The notes under the pieces: generated by a model
What the model was told of the DNA's origin: nothing
What the model saw: the letters and a program-made list of their open reading frames with translations, nothing else
The model's database searches: none
Translations under genes and position numbers: made by a program
Assembly: GCA_900313345.1 (NCBI GenBank)
Contig: OMQW01000052.1
Location: forward strand, 1-26,020
Length of the DNA stretch: 26,020 nt
Reading direction: 5' to 3'
Source of the DNA: an uncultured Eubacteriales bacterium
GTDB lineage: Bacteria > Bacillota_I > Bacilli_A > RF39 > UBA660
Shown here: positions 1 to 7,214 of the stretch, piece after piece
Layout: each line of letters begins with the position of its first letter
How positions within the stretch are numbered: the stretch's first letter is position 1

Positions 1-1
1 A

Positions 2-799
2 CATTCTAGAAACAAAGAAGATATTTTAAGAGAAATAGAGTATCTAGTTAAAGATGGGTTTAAAGAAGTTACACTTCTTGGACAAAATGTTAATGCATAT
101 GGCCATGATATATATGAAGATTATTCATTTGGTGAGTTATTAGAAGATGTTGCTAAAACAGGTATTCCTAGAGTTAGATTTACTACAAGCCATCCTTGGA
201 ATTTTACAGATAAAATGATTAATGTAATAGCAAATAATACTAATATTATGCCTAGTATTCATTTACCACTTCAATCAGGATCTGATAAGATATTAAAAGC
301 AATGGGTAGACGTTATACTAAAGAGAGCTATTTAGAATTATTTGATAAGATGAAAGAAACTATTCCTAACTGTCATATTTCTACTGATATTATTGTAGGT
401 TTTCCAGGAGAGACAGATGAAGATTTTAATGAGACTTTAGATGTTGTAAATCATTGTAAATATGATAATGCATTTACTTTCATATATTCTCCTAGAGAAA
501 ATACTCCTGCTGCTAAATTTAAAGATCAAGTAGATGAAAATATTAAAGAGGAAAGACTTCAAAAATTAAATAGTTTAGTTAATACTTATTTCTTAGAAAA
601 TAATAAAAAACTAGAAGGAAAAGTTCTTGAGGTTCTTGTTGAAGGATCTAATGAAAAATTTAATAATGGATTCTTTGGATATAGTAAAGAGTTAAAATTA
701 GTTAATTTTAGTGGAGATAATATTAAGATTGGTGATTTAGTTAATGTTAAAATAATAAAGGCTAAGACTTGGAGTTTAGATGGTGAAGCTTGCAAATAA
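2..799 (+). CDS. miaB: tRNA methylthiotransferase MiaB, 3' part (5' end outside the window)
   Basis: Frame 2 is open from the window edge: HSRNKEDILREIEYLVKDGFKEVTLLGQNVNAYG...IPRVRFTTSHPWNFTDKMI...LPLQSGSDKILKAMGRRYT...IVGFPGETDEDF. This is a radical-SAM methylthiotransferase core. A TRAM-like tail follows (LEGKVLEVLVEG...GDLVNVKIIKA). The tracked ORF 215..799 starts only at the first internal Met. Confidence 0.9.
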   Translation, partial: HSRNKEDILREIEYLVKDGFKEVTLLGQNVNAYGHDIYEDYSFGELLEDVAKTGIPRVRFTTSHPWNFTDKMINVIANNTNIMPSIHLPLQSGSDKILKAMGRRYTKESYLELFDKMKETIPNCHISTDIIVGFPGETDEDFNETLDVVNHCKYDNAFTFIYSPRENTPAAKFKDQVDENIKEERLQKLNSLVNTYFLENNKKLEGKVLEVLVEGSNEKFNNGFFGYSKELKLVNFSGDNIKIGDLVNVKIIKAKTWSLDGEACK

Positions 800-1124
800 A
801 ACAGAAGAAGATTTATTAAAAATTGTTAATTTTGTTAAAAATAGTGAAGAATATAAAAAAACTATTTATTATAAAGAATTAATTGCAAATGATAAAGAAC
901 TTACTAGTAAAATAGATAGACTTAAAGAATTACAAATGAAGTATGTTAGAACTAAGGATTATAATGTAAAGAATGAACTTGATTCTTTAAATAATGAACT
1001 TTCTAATAATACTAATTTTACTTTATATAATTTTTATTTAGATAAAGTTAATAATTATATTGATATTATTAAAGATAATTTTAATAATTATTTTGATAAT
1101 TTATTTAATGAGAAATTCTATTAG
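780..1124 (+). CDS. Small helical K/E/N-rich protein, YmcA/RicA-like (YlbF/YmcA family) by position; tentative
   Basis: 114-codon ORF. GGAG at 771-774 lies five nt before ATG 780, and the ORF overlaps the miaB 3' end by 20 nt. It sits where ymcA (ricA) sits between miaB and cotE in Bacillus. The composition fits a helical protein, but I cannot verify a diagnostic motif by eye and there is no C-terminal Cys. Confidence 0.5.
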   Translation: MVKLANKTEEDLLKIVNFVKNSEEYKKTIYYKELIANDKELTSKIDRLKELQMKYVRTKDYNVKNELDSLNNELSNNTNFTLYNFYLDKVNNYIDIIKDNFNNYFDNLFNEKFY

Positions 1125-1183
1125 AATTTCTTTTTTTGTCTATTTATTTTTTTTTATGCATAAATTATTTTAGAGGAGGATTT

Positions 1184-1702
1184 ATGGCATATAGAGAGAT
1201 TGTTACTAAGACTTTACTTGCAAAGGCTAAAAAGAAATTTATAACTAATAATAGTATTAAACTTGATAATAATGCTTCTACTGTTTTGGGTTCTTGGATT
1301 ATTAATCATAATTTTAAAGGAGAAGTTGTAAATGATAAAGTTTATATTACTGGTAGTTATGATGTGAATATTTGGTATAGTTATAATGATAATAAGGAAA
1401 CTAATGTAATTAAAAAAAGAGAAGATTATAATGAAGTTGTTACTATGAAGAATATTGATAGTAATGATTCTTCTGTTATTATTAAGTGTTTAAGTGGACC
1501 TAGTTGTATAAATTGTGATATAGAAGGAGATACTATTAAGTATTCTATTTCTAAAGAGTTAGGTATCGAATTAGCTCATGATGAGAAAGTTAAAATTGTT
1601 GTAGAGGAAGCAGAAGATCCTTGGGATGAAATAATAGATGATCCTGATAAAGAAATAGATGAACAAGTAAAAGAAGATTATATAGATGAAAATTCTATAT
1701 AG
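1184..1702 (+). CDS. cotE: Outer spore coat morphogenetic protein CotE homologue
   Basis: MAYREIVTKTLLAKAKKKF, VLGSWIINHNF, YDVNIWYSY and an acidic C-terminal tail (EEAEDPWDEIIDDPDKEIDEQVKEDYIDE) parallel what I recall of B. subtilis CotE (MSEYREIITKAVVAKG.., WIINH, YDINVWYSY, acidic tail). GAGGAGGA at 1173-1180 precedes ATG 1184. The tracked start at 1136 is an upstream TTG extension. Confidence 0.8.
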   Translation: MAYREIVTKTLLAKAKKKFITNNSIKLDNNASTVLGSWIINHNFKGEVVNDKVYITGSYDVNIWYSYNDNKETNVIKKREDYNEVVTMKNIDSNDSSVIIKCLSGPSCINCDIEGDTIKYSISKELGIELAHDEKVKIVVEEAEDPWDEIIDDPDKEIDEQVKEDYIDENSI

Positions 1703-1710
1703 TCTTTTTA

Positions 1711-1739
1711 TTGACTTTTAATTTTATTTTATATATACT
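1711..1739 (+). promoter_or_regulatory. Sigma-A-type promoter for the 1761..2537 gene
   Basis: TTGACT (1711-1716), a 17-nt spacer, then TATACT (1734-1739). It is followed by RBS AGGTGA (1751-1756) and ATG 1761. Confidence 0.6.
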
Positions 1740-1760
1740 TTGAGTAAGATAGGTGATAAT

Positions 1761-2537
1761 ATGAAAAAAGTATTAACAAGTAAAATTTTATATATTTTTA
1801 TTGGGATTATTATTGCAAGTACTTTTAGTGTGTTTGCATATTCATATTTAGCAAAAAATATATCTTTTACACCTAAAGATAAAAATTGGAATGTTAATAA
1901 TATAGAAGATGCTTTAAATTCTTTAAAAGAAGGAAAAAATCAAAAGTTTTGTAGGTTAATTTCTGGGAATAATATGACAATAGGGTCTAAATATGAGTGT
2001 GATCCTGGTGATGGTATTATGAGAATTTTTTATATTTTGGAAATACGAAAAAATACTGTTGAATTAATTTTAGATAGAAATATTACTCAGGGTTCTAGTG
2101 TTACAAAATATTCATTTAATGATGCTAATCATTATTTTTTAACTGGAGTTGGTAAAGATATTCCAAATGCTTGGAAAAATACGTTAAATGTTTATTTACC
2201 AAGTGCACAACAAATTGTTAATGTTATTGATAGTTCGTGGTCTTCCTTTAATGGTGGATATACATTTTATTTTGATTCTTCTGCAAATAGTAGTAATTTA
2301 TCTAAATATGCTTGGCTTTATGACTATACATATGGATGTTCAAATTATGGATGTCATCCTGAAACTTCTTTAGATGAAAAGGAAGCATATGGTTATTGGA
2401 CAAGTTCTGTTTATTTATCAAAAGCTTGGAGGGCATATGAAGTTTTTACTCAAGGATTTGTTGATTATGATGCAGTTGATAATGTTAATTTATATGGTGT
2501 TAGACCAGTAATATCTATTAGTAAAAACAACATTTAA
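1761..2537 (+). CDS. N-terminally membrane-anchored extracellular protein with a C-terminal lectin-like (DUF1566/Lcl-C-like or DUF6273-like) domain; tentative
   Basis: ATG 1761 is preceded by AGGTGA, and the tracked start at 1740 is a TTG extension. The N-terminus MKKVLTSKILYIFIGIIIASTFSVFAYSYL is a hydrophobic anchor or signal. The C-terminal pattern YLPSAQQIVNVI ... YGYWTSS ... AW..YEV...G.V ... YGVRPVISI resembles the (L/W)P..eL ... yW(S/T)S ... vRpV signature of DUF1566-type domains, as I recall it. Confidence 0.7.
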   Translation: MKKVLTSKILYIFIGIIIASTFSVFAYSYLAKNISFTPKDKNWNVNNIEDALNSLKEGKNQKFCRLISGNNMTIGSKYECDPGDGIMRIFYILEIRKNTVELILDRNITQGSSVTKYSFNDANHYFLTGVGKDIPNAWKNTLNVYLPSAQQIVNVIDSSWSSFNGGYTFYFDSSANSSNLSKYAWLYDYTYGCSNYGCHPETSLDEKEAYGYWTSSVYLSKAWRAYEVFTQGFVDYDAVDNVNLYGVRPVISISKNNI

Positions 2538-2573
2538 CTGTTAACAAAAATATGTTGACAGTCTTTTTTTTTT
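2538..2573 (+). terminator. Rho-independent terminator of the 1761..2537 gene, overlapping the rpsP -35 box
   Basis: CTGTTAAC (2538-2545) pairs with GTTGACAG (2554-2561), 8 bp including one G-U, around an 8-nt loop. A T10 run follows at 2564-2573. Confidence 0.6.
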
Positions 2574-2583
2574 ATGTTAATAT
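2555..2583 (+). promoter_or_regulatory. Sigma-A-type promoter of rpsP-khpA
   Basis: TTGACA (2555-2560), a 17-nt spacer, then TAATAT (2578-2583). GGAGGG RBS lies before ATG 2613. Confidence 0.65.
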
Positions 2584-2612
2584 ATTATTAGTTTTGAAAT
2601 GGAGGGACAAAT

Positions 2613-2882
2613 ATGGCAGTTAAGATTAGACTTATGAGAATGGGTTCTAAAGGACACCCAAGTTATAGAATAGTAGCTACTGATTCACGTGCAAGCCGTG
2701 ATGGCGAATATCTAGAATTAATCGGAAATTATTTTCCATGTGATGCTACTGAAAATAAAATTAATGAAGAAGTTGCTCTTAAATGGTTAAAAGTTGGTGC
2801 TCAACCTACTGATACAGTTAAGAATATTTTCTCTAAAGCTGGTATTACAAAAAAATTTGCTGATTCTAAAAAGGAAAAATAA
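2613..2882 (+). CDS. rpsP: 30S ribosomal protein S16
   Basis: [42 protein letters not shown]... is the canonical bS16 N-terminus, at 89 aa with a strong RBS. Confidence 0.95.
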   Translation: MAVKIRLMRMGSKGHPSYRIVATDSRASRDGEYLELIGNYFPCDATENKINEEVALKWLKVGAQPTDTVKNIFSKAGITKKFADSKKEK

Positions 2883-2884
2883 TT

Positions 2885-3115
2885 ATGAATTACGAAGAAC
2901 TAATTAAATTTATTGTTAAAGATTTAGTAGATGATGAATTTGAAGTAGTTAGTAAAGATTCTAATATTTCTATATTAGTATCTGAAGTTGATTATGGTAG
3001 AGTTATTGGTAAGAGTGGTAAAACTATAAATGCTATTCGTACTTTAATTGATGAAGCTTCATCTTTACATAAAGATAAATATGTTAGAATTGAAGTAGAA
3101 AAAAAAGAAAATTAA
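2885..3115 (+). CDS. khpA: KH-domain RNA-binding protein (KhpA/YlqC, UPF0109 family)
   Basis: 76 aa, starting 2 nt after the rpsP stop. It has the GxxG KH motif (RVIGKSGKTINAIRTLI) and the conserved position directly downstream of rpsP. Confidence 0.85.
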   Translation: MNYEELIKFIVKDLVDDEFEVVSKDSNISILVSEVDYGRVIGKSGKTINAIRTLIDEASSLHKDKYVRIEVEKKEN

Positions 3116-3121
3116 TTTTTA

Positions 3122-3157
3122 GTTTCTAAAATTTAATGATTTTAGGGACTTTTTTTT
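3122..3157 (+). terminator. Rho-independent terminator after khpA
   Basis: GTTTCTAAAAT (3122-3132) pairs with ATTTTAGGGAC (3139-3149), 11 bp including two G-U, around the 6-nt loop TTAATG. A T8 run follows at 3150-3157. Confidence 0.7.
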
Positions 3158-3204
3158 ATGTACTTTATATGTTATTATATTTTATATAAAGGTTAGGGAT
3201 TTAG

Positions 3205-5379
3205 ATGAATTTAAATAAGAAAAAAATTATATTTATTTCTGTATTTATTCTTGGATTTATTTTATTAATAGGTTTTACTTATGCGGCATTTAATTTTGTG
3301 AGTTTAGGAGTTAAAGAAAACTCTATTACAACTGGTACTATTACTATGAATTATACAGAGGGTAGTAATGAAATAGCTATGACTAATGCTTTACCAATTT
3401 CTGATGAAGTTGGTATGAATCTTCAAAATGCAGATGAAATATTTGATTTTACTGTTAGCGTTAATACTAGTTCCCAGATGGTAGCATATGAAGTGACTGC
3501 TGAGAAAGATGATAGTTCAACACTACTTAATAATGAGGTTAGATTATATTTAGAAAAGAGTTCTGATAAAGTTAATTATGAACCTGTTTTAAGTCCTTCT
3601 TATTTTGTTCCACTTGATTCTGATGATGCAATTGGTGCCAAAAAAGGTGAAATGGTATTAGATAGCAGTTCTACTAATACTAATATAACTAATTATTATA
3701 GATTACGCATGTGGGTTTCAGAAAACTTTGATGCTAATGATAGTGTTAAGTATTTTACTATCAAAGTTAATGTTTATGGAACTACTAGTAAGGTTTCTAA
3801 ACTTAATTCATGTACATTATTAAATGGTAAGATAAATGAAATTGGTTCGGAATATATGTGTGGAGATAATGAGTTTATTTTATTTGAAGATAATGATGAT
3901 TCTACTAAATTAATATCTAAATATAATTTAAATGTGTCTAATAATTATAGTGATTTAAAGGGTGAATATAATCCTAAGGATTATGCTGTTGCATTTGATG
4001 AAGCTGGTTATAGAAGTGATTCTTATTGTAATAATCCTGATATGGGATGTCATGTTTTTGCAAGAACTGAAGAAGTTATAAGTGATAGTTCAATAAAGTC
4101 TTATACTGATGCTTTTAAAAATAAATTAATATCTAAAAATTTTATTAATGAAAATGATGATGTTAGATTAATAACATTAGATGAATTAGATAGTTTAGGT
4201 TGTAATTCAGGAGATAGAAGTAAACCTGGTACTTGTAGAGATGCTAAGAAATATGTTACTACATCAAATTACTGGACAGGTACTCCAAAGACAGGCACTA
4301 ATATTTGGGATGTTTGGCAAGTTTTAACTGATAATGAACTTACTTACGATATGGCAGCAAGAGTTAATGATGTTGGATTAAGAACTGTTGTTGAAATAAA
4401 GAAAAATAAAGTTTCTAATAAAATTAAACCCAATACTAATGCAGTTTGGGTATGGGAAAACTCATTAAAAGAGTTAAATGTTAGTGATTTAACTAGAAAA
4501 GATAGTTTAAATAAATTAAAAAATAATAATATTAATGAAGTTTATTTATCTATTCTTCCTGATGATTTAGAAAATTATACTTCTTATTTAAAATCTCTTT
4601 ATAAAAATAATATAAAAGTTTATATGTTATATGGAGATCCTCATTTTATAGTAGAAGAAAATTATGATAGTGTTGTTAATCATAATATGGATGTTATTTC
4701 TAATTTTAATGATAAATATAAAGATAGTTTACATATTGAAGGTATTCATTATGATGTAGAGTATTATTTCGATAGATCTGAAACTGACAAATATAAAGAG
4801 GGTCAATCTAGCGAAGCTATTAATTCTAAAAATAGATTGGGTTATATAAATTTTGCTAGAAGAGCTAAGAGTTATGCTTCTACAAAAAATTTAAAAGTTG
4901 CTTTTGATGTTACAGCATTTTCTACTAATTTAACTACTTTTATTGATAGTGATGGAGTAGAAAAAAATATGCTTGATGAACTTTTAAAGAATTCTGATAG
5001 TTTAGTTGTTATGGCTTATTCATTTAAACCTAGTTATATAATGGATTCATTGTTATATAGAGATTATACGTATGAAGATGGTTCTTATATTAATGTAGGT
5101 AAAAACTATATAGAAAAATTAAATGAAGCTAATAAAGAAATTATTATTGCATTTGAAATACCTATGTTTACTGATACTTATCAAAATAATAAAGATAATA
5201 TTGCAGTACTTAATCAAAAAGTTCCAGAATATAAAACTGTCTTTGGTAATAGTTATAATGATAGTAAAGATTTTATTGTGAGTATGGAAGAAGAAGTTTT
5301 AGAAAGAGCTAAAAATCATGGTGCTAATAAATTAGGTATTGCTAATCATGATTATATTTCTTACTTTAATTTAAAATAA
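3205..5379 (+). CDS. Secreted multidomain protein with three parts: a TasA/camelysin-like N-terminal signal and beta-sandwich, a lectin-like middle domain paralogous to 1761..2537, and a C-terminal TIM-barrel glycoside-hydrolase-like domain. Functions are tentative.
   Basis: N-terminus: MNLNKKKIIFISVFILGFILLIGFTYAAFNF...ITTGTITMNY parallels the TasA-type (SipW-cognate) signal ...GGGTWAAFND...ASGTLDL, recalled from memory. Middle domain (nt ~3802-4410): IGSEYMCGDNEF, NNPDMGCHVF, RLITLDELDSLG, NYWTGTP, VGLRTVVEI. C-terminal domain (nt ~4440-5376): AVWVWEN...INEVYLSI...IKVYMLYGDP...IEGIHYDVEYY. This alternating beta/alpha pattern is typical of GH-like TIM barrels. Confidence 0.75.
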   Translation: MNLNKKKIIFISVFILGFILLIGFTYAAFNFVSLGVKENSITTGTITMNYTEGSNEIAMTNALPISDEVGMNLQNADEIFDFTVSVNTSSQMVAYEVTAEKDDSSTLLNNEVRLYLEKSSDKVNYEPVLSPSYFVPLDSDDAIGAKKGEMVLDSSSTNTNITNYYRLRMWVSENFDANDSVKYFTIKVNVYGTTSKVSKLNSCTLLNGKINEIGSEYMCGDNEFILFEDNDDSTKLISKYNLNVSNNYSDLKGEYNPKDYAVAFDEAGYRSDSYCNNPDMGCHVFARTEEVISDSSIKSYTDAFKNKLISKNFINENDDVRLITLDELDSLGCNSGDRSKPGTCRDAKKYVTTSNYWTGTPKTGTNIWDVWQVLTDNELTYDMAARVNDVGLRTVVEIKKNKVSNKIKPNTNAVWVWENSLKELNVSDLTRKDSLNKLKNNNINEVYLSILPDDLENYTSYLKSLYKNNIKVYMLYGDPHFIVEENYDSVVNHNMDVISNFNDKYKDSLHIEGIHYDVEYYFDRSETDKYKEGQSSEAINSKNRLGYINFARRAKSYASTKNLKVAFDVTAFSTNLTTFIDSDGVEKNMLDELLKNSDSLVVMAYSFKPSYIMDSLLYRDYTYEDGSYINVGKNYIEKLNEANKEIIIAFEIPMFTDTYQNNKDNIAVLNQKVPEYKTVFGNSYNDSKDFIVSMEEEVLERAKNHGANKLGIANHDYISYFNLK

Positions 5380-5381
5380 AA

Positions 5382-5407
5382 AGAAAAGTTACACTTTTCT
5401 TTTTTTA
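5382..5407. terminator. Bidirectional terminator shared by the convergent genes 3205..5379 (+) and 5405..6301 (-)
   Basis: AGAAAAGT (5382-5389) pairs with ACTTTTCT (5393-5400) around a 3-nt loop. T7 lies downstream on the + strand. An A-rich run upstream of the stem (5376-5381, AATAAAAA) gives the U-tract on the - strand. Confidence 0.6.
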
Positions 5408-6301
5408 TATTCCAGTTAAATCAAAGTCTGGTATAAAACTTTCATTTTGAGTTTCTCCAACTTGCATAAAAGCATGTGTTATATTTAAATCACAGGCATA
5501 ATTAATTAATTCTTCGTAATCTTTTTCTTTTACTTTATGATTTAATTCTTTTATATTTTCTACTTGCTTTAAGGGAGTATATTGATTCATTATACTTATA
5601 TATATCTTATCATTATATGTATCTTTTAAATATTTAATTATTTTCTTTGAGTCTTCTAAACAATCTGGCATCATCATGTGTCTTACTATAACACCTTTTG
5701 TCATTATACCATCTTTATCAAATTTATTAATTCCTACTTGCTTATACATTTCTTCAATTGCTTTTGTTGCTATATCAAAATACTGTGGAGCTTTTGAATA
5801 TTTCATTGCTAATATATCATCATAATATTTTAAATCTGGTAGATATATATCTATTAAACCATCTAAACTTTTAATACTTTCTACAGTTTCATATCCACTT
5901 GTATTATAAACTACAGGTATTTTTAAACCTTTCTTTTTAGCTTTTATTAAAGCTTCTTTAATTTGTGGAATAAATGGGGTAGGTGTTACTAAATTAATAT
6001 TATGAGCTTTTTCTTTTTGCAAATTAAGCATTTTTTCTACTAAAGTATCAATCGATATTTCTTTACCAAAATTATTTGTTGAAATATTATAGTTTTGACA
6101 AAATATACATTTCATATTACATCCTGAAAAAAAGATTGCACCTGATCCATTAGTTCCTGATATTGGAGGTTCTTCAAAATAATGTTTTGCTATTCTAGCT
6201 ACTTTTATTTCTTTACCCATTCCACATAATCCTATTTCGTTTTTAATTCTATTTACTTTACAATATCTAGGACATATTTCACATTTTTCTAATTCTTTCA
6301 T
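5405..6301 (-). CDS. Radical SAM protein, PflX-type (putative pyruvate formate-lyase activating enzyme-like, COG1313)
   Basis: N-terminal Cys cluster CEICPRYC...GLCG, then GSGAIFFSGCNMKCIFCQN, which carries the CxxxCxxC radical-SAM motif. 298 aa. GGAAGTG RBS lies before the ATG. Confidence 0.85.
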   Translation of the reverse strand: MKELEKCEICPRYCKVNRIKNEIGLCGMGKEIKVARIAKHYFEEPPISGTNGSGAIFFSGCNMKCIFCQNYNISTNNFGKEISIDTLVEKMLNLQKEKAHNINLVTPTPFIPQIKEALIKAKKKGLKIPVVYNTSGYETVESIKSLDGLIDIYLPDLKYYDDILAMKYSKAPQYFDIATKAIEEMYKQVGINKFDKDGIMTKGVIVRHMMMPDCLEDSKKIIKYLKDTYNDKIYISIMNQYTPLKQVENIKELNHKVKEKDYEELINYACDLNITHAFMQVGETQNESFIPDFDLTGI

Positions 6302-6320
6302 ATTTACACTTCCATGTAGT

Positions 6321-6348
6321 ATTATATCTAAATTTACTTATTTTTCAA
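6321..6348 (-). promoter_or_regulatory. Sigma-A-type promoter of the radical-SAM gene (minus strand)
   Basis: On the minus strand: TTGAAA (plus 6343-6348), a 16-nt spacer, then TATAAT (plus 6321-6326). It lies ~20 nt upstream of the start codon at 6301. Confidence 0.6.
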
Positions 6349-6358
6349 ATAGTTTCTC

Positions 6359-6387
6359 TTGAAAGAATTAGTCCTTTATTATATAAT
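6359..6387 (+). promoter_or_regulatory. Sigma-A-type promoter of cdsA-rseP, divergent from the radical-SAM promoter
   Basis: TTGAAA (6359-6364), a 17-nt spacer, then TATAAT (6382-6387). Confidence 0.65.
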
Positions 6388-6396
6388 TTTAATAGT

Positions 6397-7206
6397 ATGG
6401 AGGATCTGATGAAAAAGAGAGTTTTAAGTGCTATTGTTATGATAGCTGTATTTGTTCCATTATTATTAATTGGTGGTAAAGTATTTACTATATTTATGTG
6501 TGGACTTGCATGTCTTGCAACTTATGAATTTATAAATATTAAAGAAAGTAAAAAAGTTCCTAGTATTATTAAAATTTTTGCTTATTTAGGTGTAATATTT
6601 ATGGTACTTAATAATATTGATAATATTGATTTTAATTATACTATTGATTATAAGTTTATTAGTGTATTAATATTTGCTTTTTTAATACCTCTTGTATTTT
6701 TAGATGATAATAAGACATATAATATTAATGATGCTTTATATTTAATTGGTATTACATTATTTGTAGGATTTAGTTTTAATTTACTAAGTGTTGTTAGAAA
6801 CTATGATGTAATGTATTTTATATATTTATTATTAATAGCAGTTGTTTCTGATACTTTTGCTTATATAAGTGGTAGTTTAGTAGGAAAACACAAATTATGT
6901 CCTAATATTAGTCCTAATAAGACTGTTGAAGGTTTAATTTATGGTACTTTAGTTGGTAGTTTTGTTGGTAGTTATTTCTATTTAGTGTTTATTAATGCAA
7001 GTATGAATATTTTAACTATTGGTATTACTACTTTAGTTTTATCATTAATTGGTGCGATTGGGGATTTAGTTTTCTCTATGATTAAGAGATATTATAAGAC
7101 TAAGGATTTTTCAAATTTAATTCCTGGTCATGGTGGAATTCTTGATAGGTTTGATAGTTTAATATTCATTGCACTTGCATCAATTTTAGTAATTGGTATT
7201 ATATAG
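6397..7206 (+). CDS. cdsA: Phosphatidate cytidylyltransferase (CDP-diglyceride synthase)
   Basis: Polytopic membrane protein with the CdsA signature region SDTFAYISGSLVGKHKL.P.ISPNKTVEG ... GDLVFSMIKRYYKTKDFSNLIPGHGGILDRFDS. The start could instead be ATG 6409, because GGAGGA at 6399-6404 lies just upstream of it. Confidence 0.9.
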   Translation: MEDLMKKRVLSAIVMIAVFVPLLLIGGKVFTIFMCGLACLATYEFINIKESKKVPSIIKIFAYLGVIFMVLNNIDNIDFNYTIDYKFISVLIFAFLIPLVFLDDNKTYNINDALYLIGITLFVGFSFNLLSVVRNYDVMYFIYLLLIAVVSDTFAYISGSLVGKHKLCPNISPNKTVEGLIYGTLVGSFVGSYFYLVFINASMNILTIGITTLVLSLIGAIGDLVFSMIKRYYKTKDFSNLIPGHGGILDRFDSLIFIALASILVIGII

Positions 7207-7214
7207 GAGGATTT

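Noticed and set aside
586-795. 69-aa minus-strand ORF inside miaB
   Set aside because: It is fully nested antisense within a well-supported CDS. It has a low-complexity L/S/F-rich translation typical of the reverse frame of AT-rich genes, and no RBS.
1136-1183. TTG-initiated N-terminal extension of cotE (and likewise 1740-1760 for the next gene)
   Set aside because: The extensions encode hydrophobic junk (MSIYFFLCINYFRGGF) and run through the RBS (GAGGAGGA). The ATGs at 1184 and 1761 have properly spaced Shine-Dalgarno sequences and give homologous N-termini.
2188-2373. 61-aa off-frame ORF within 1761..2537
   Set aside because: It is nested in another frame of a longer CDS that has recognisable domain motifs, and it has no independent signals.
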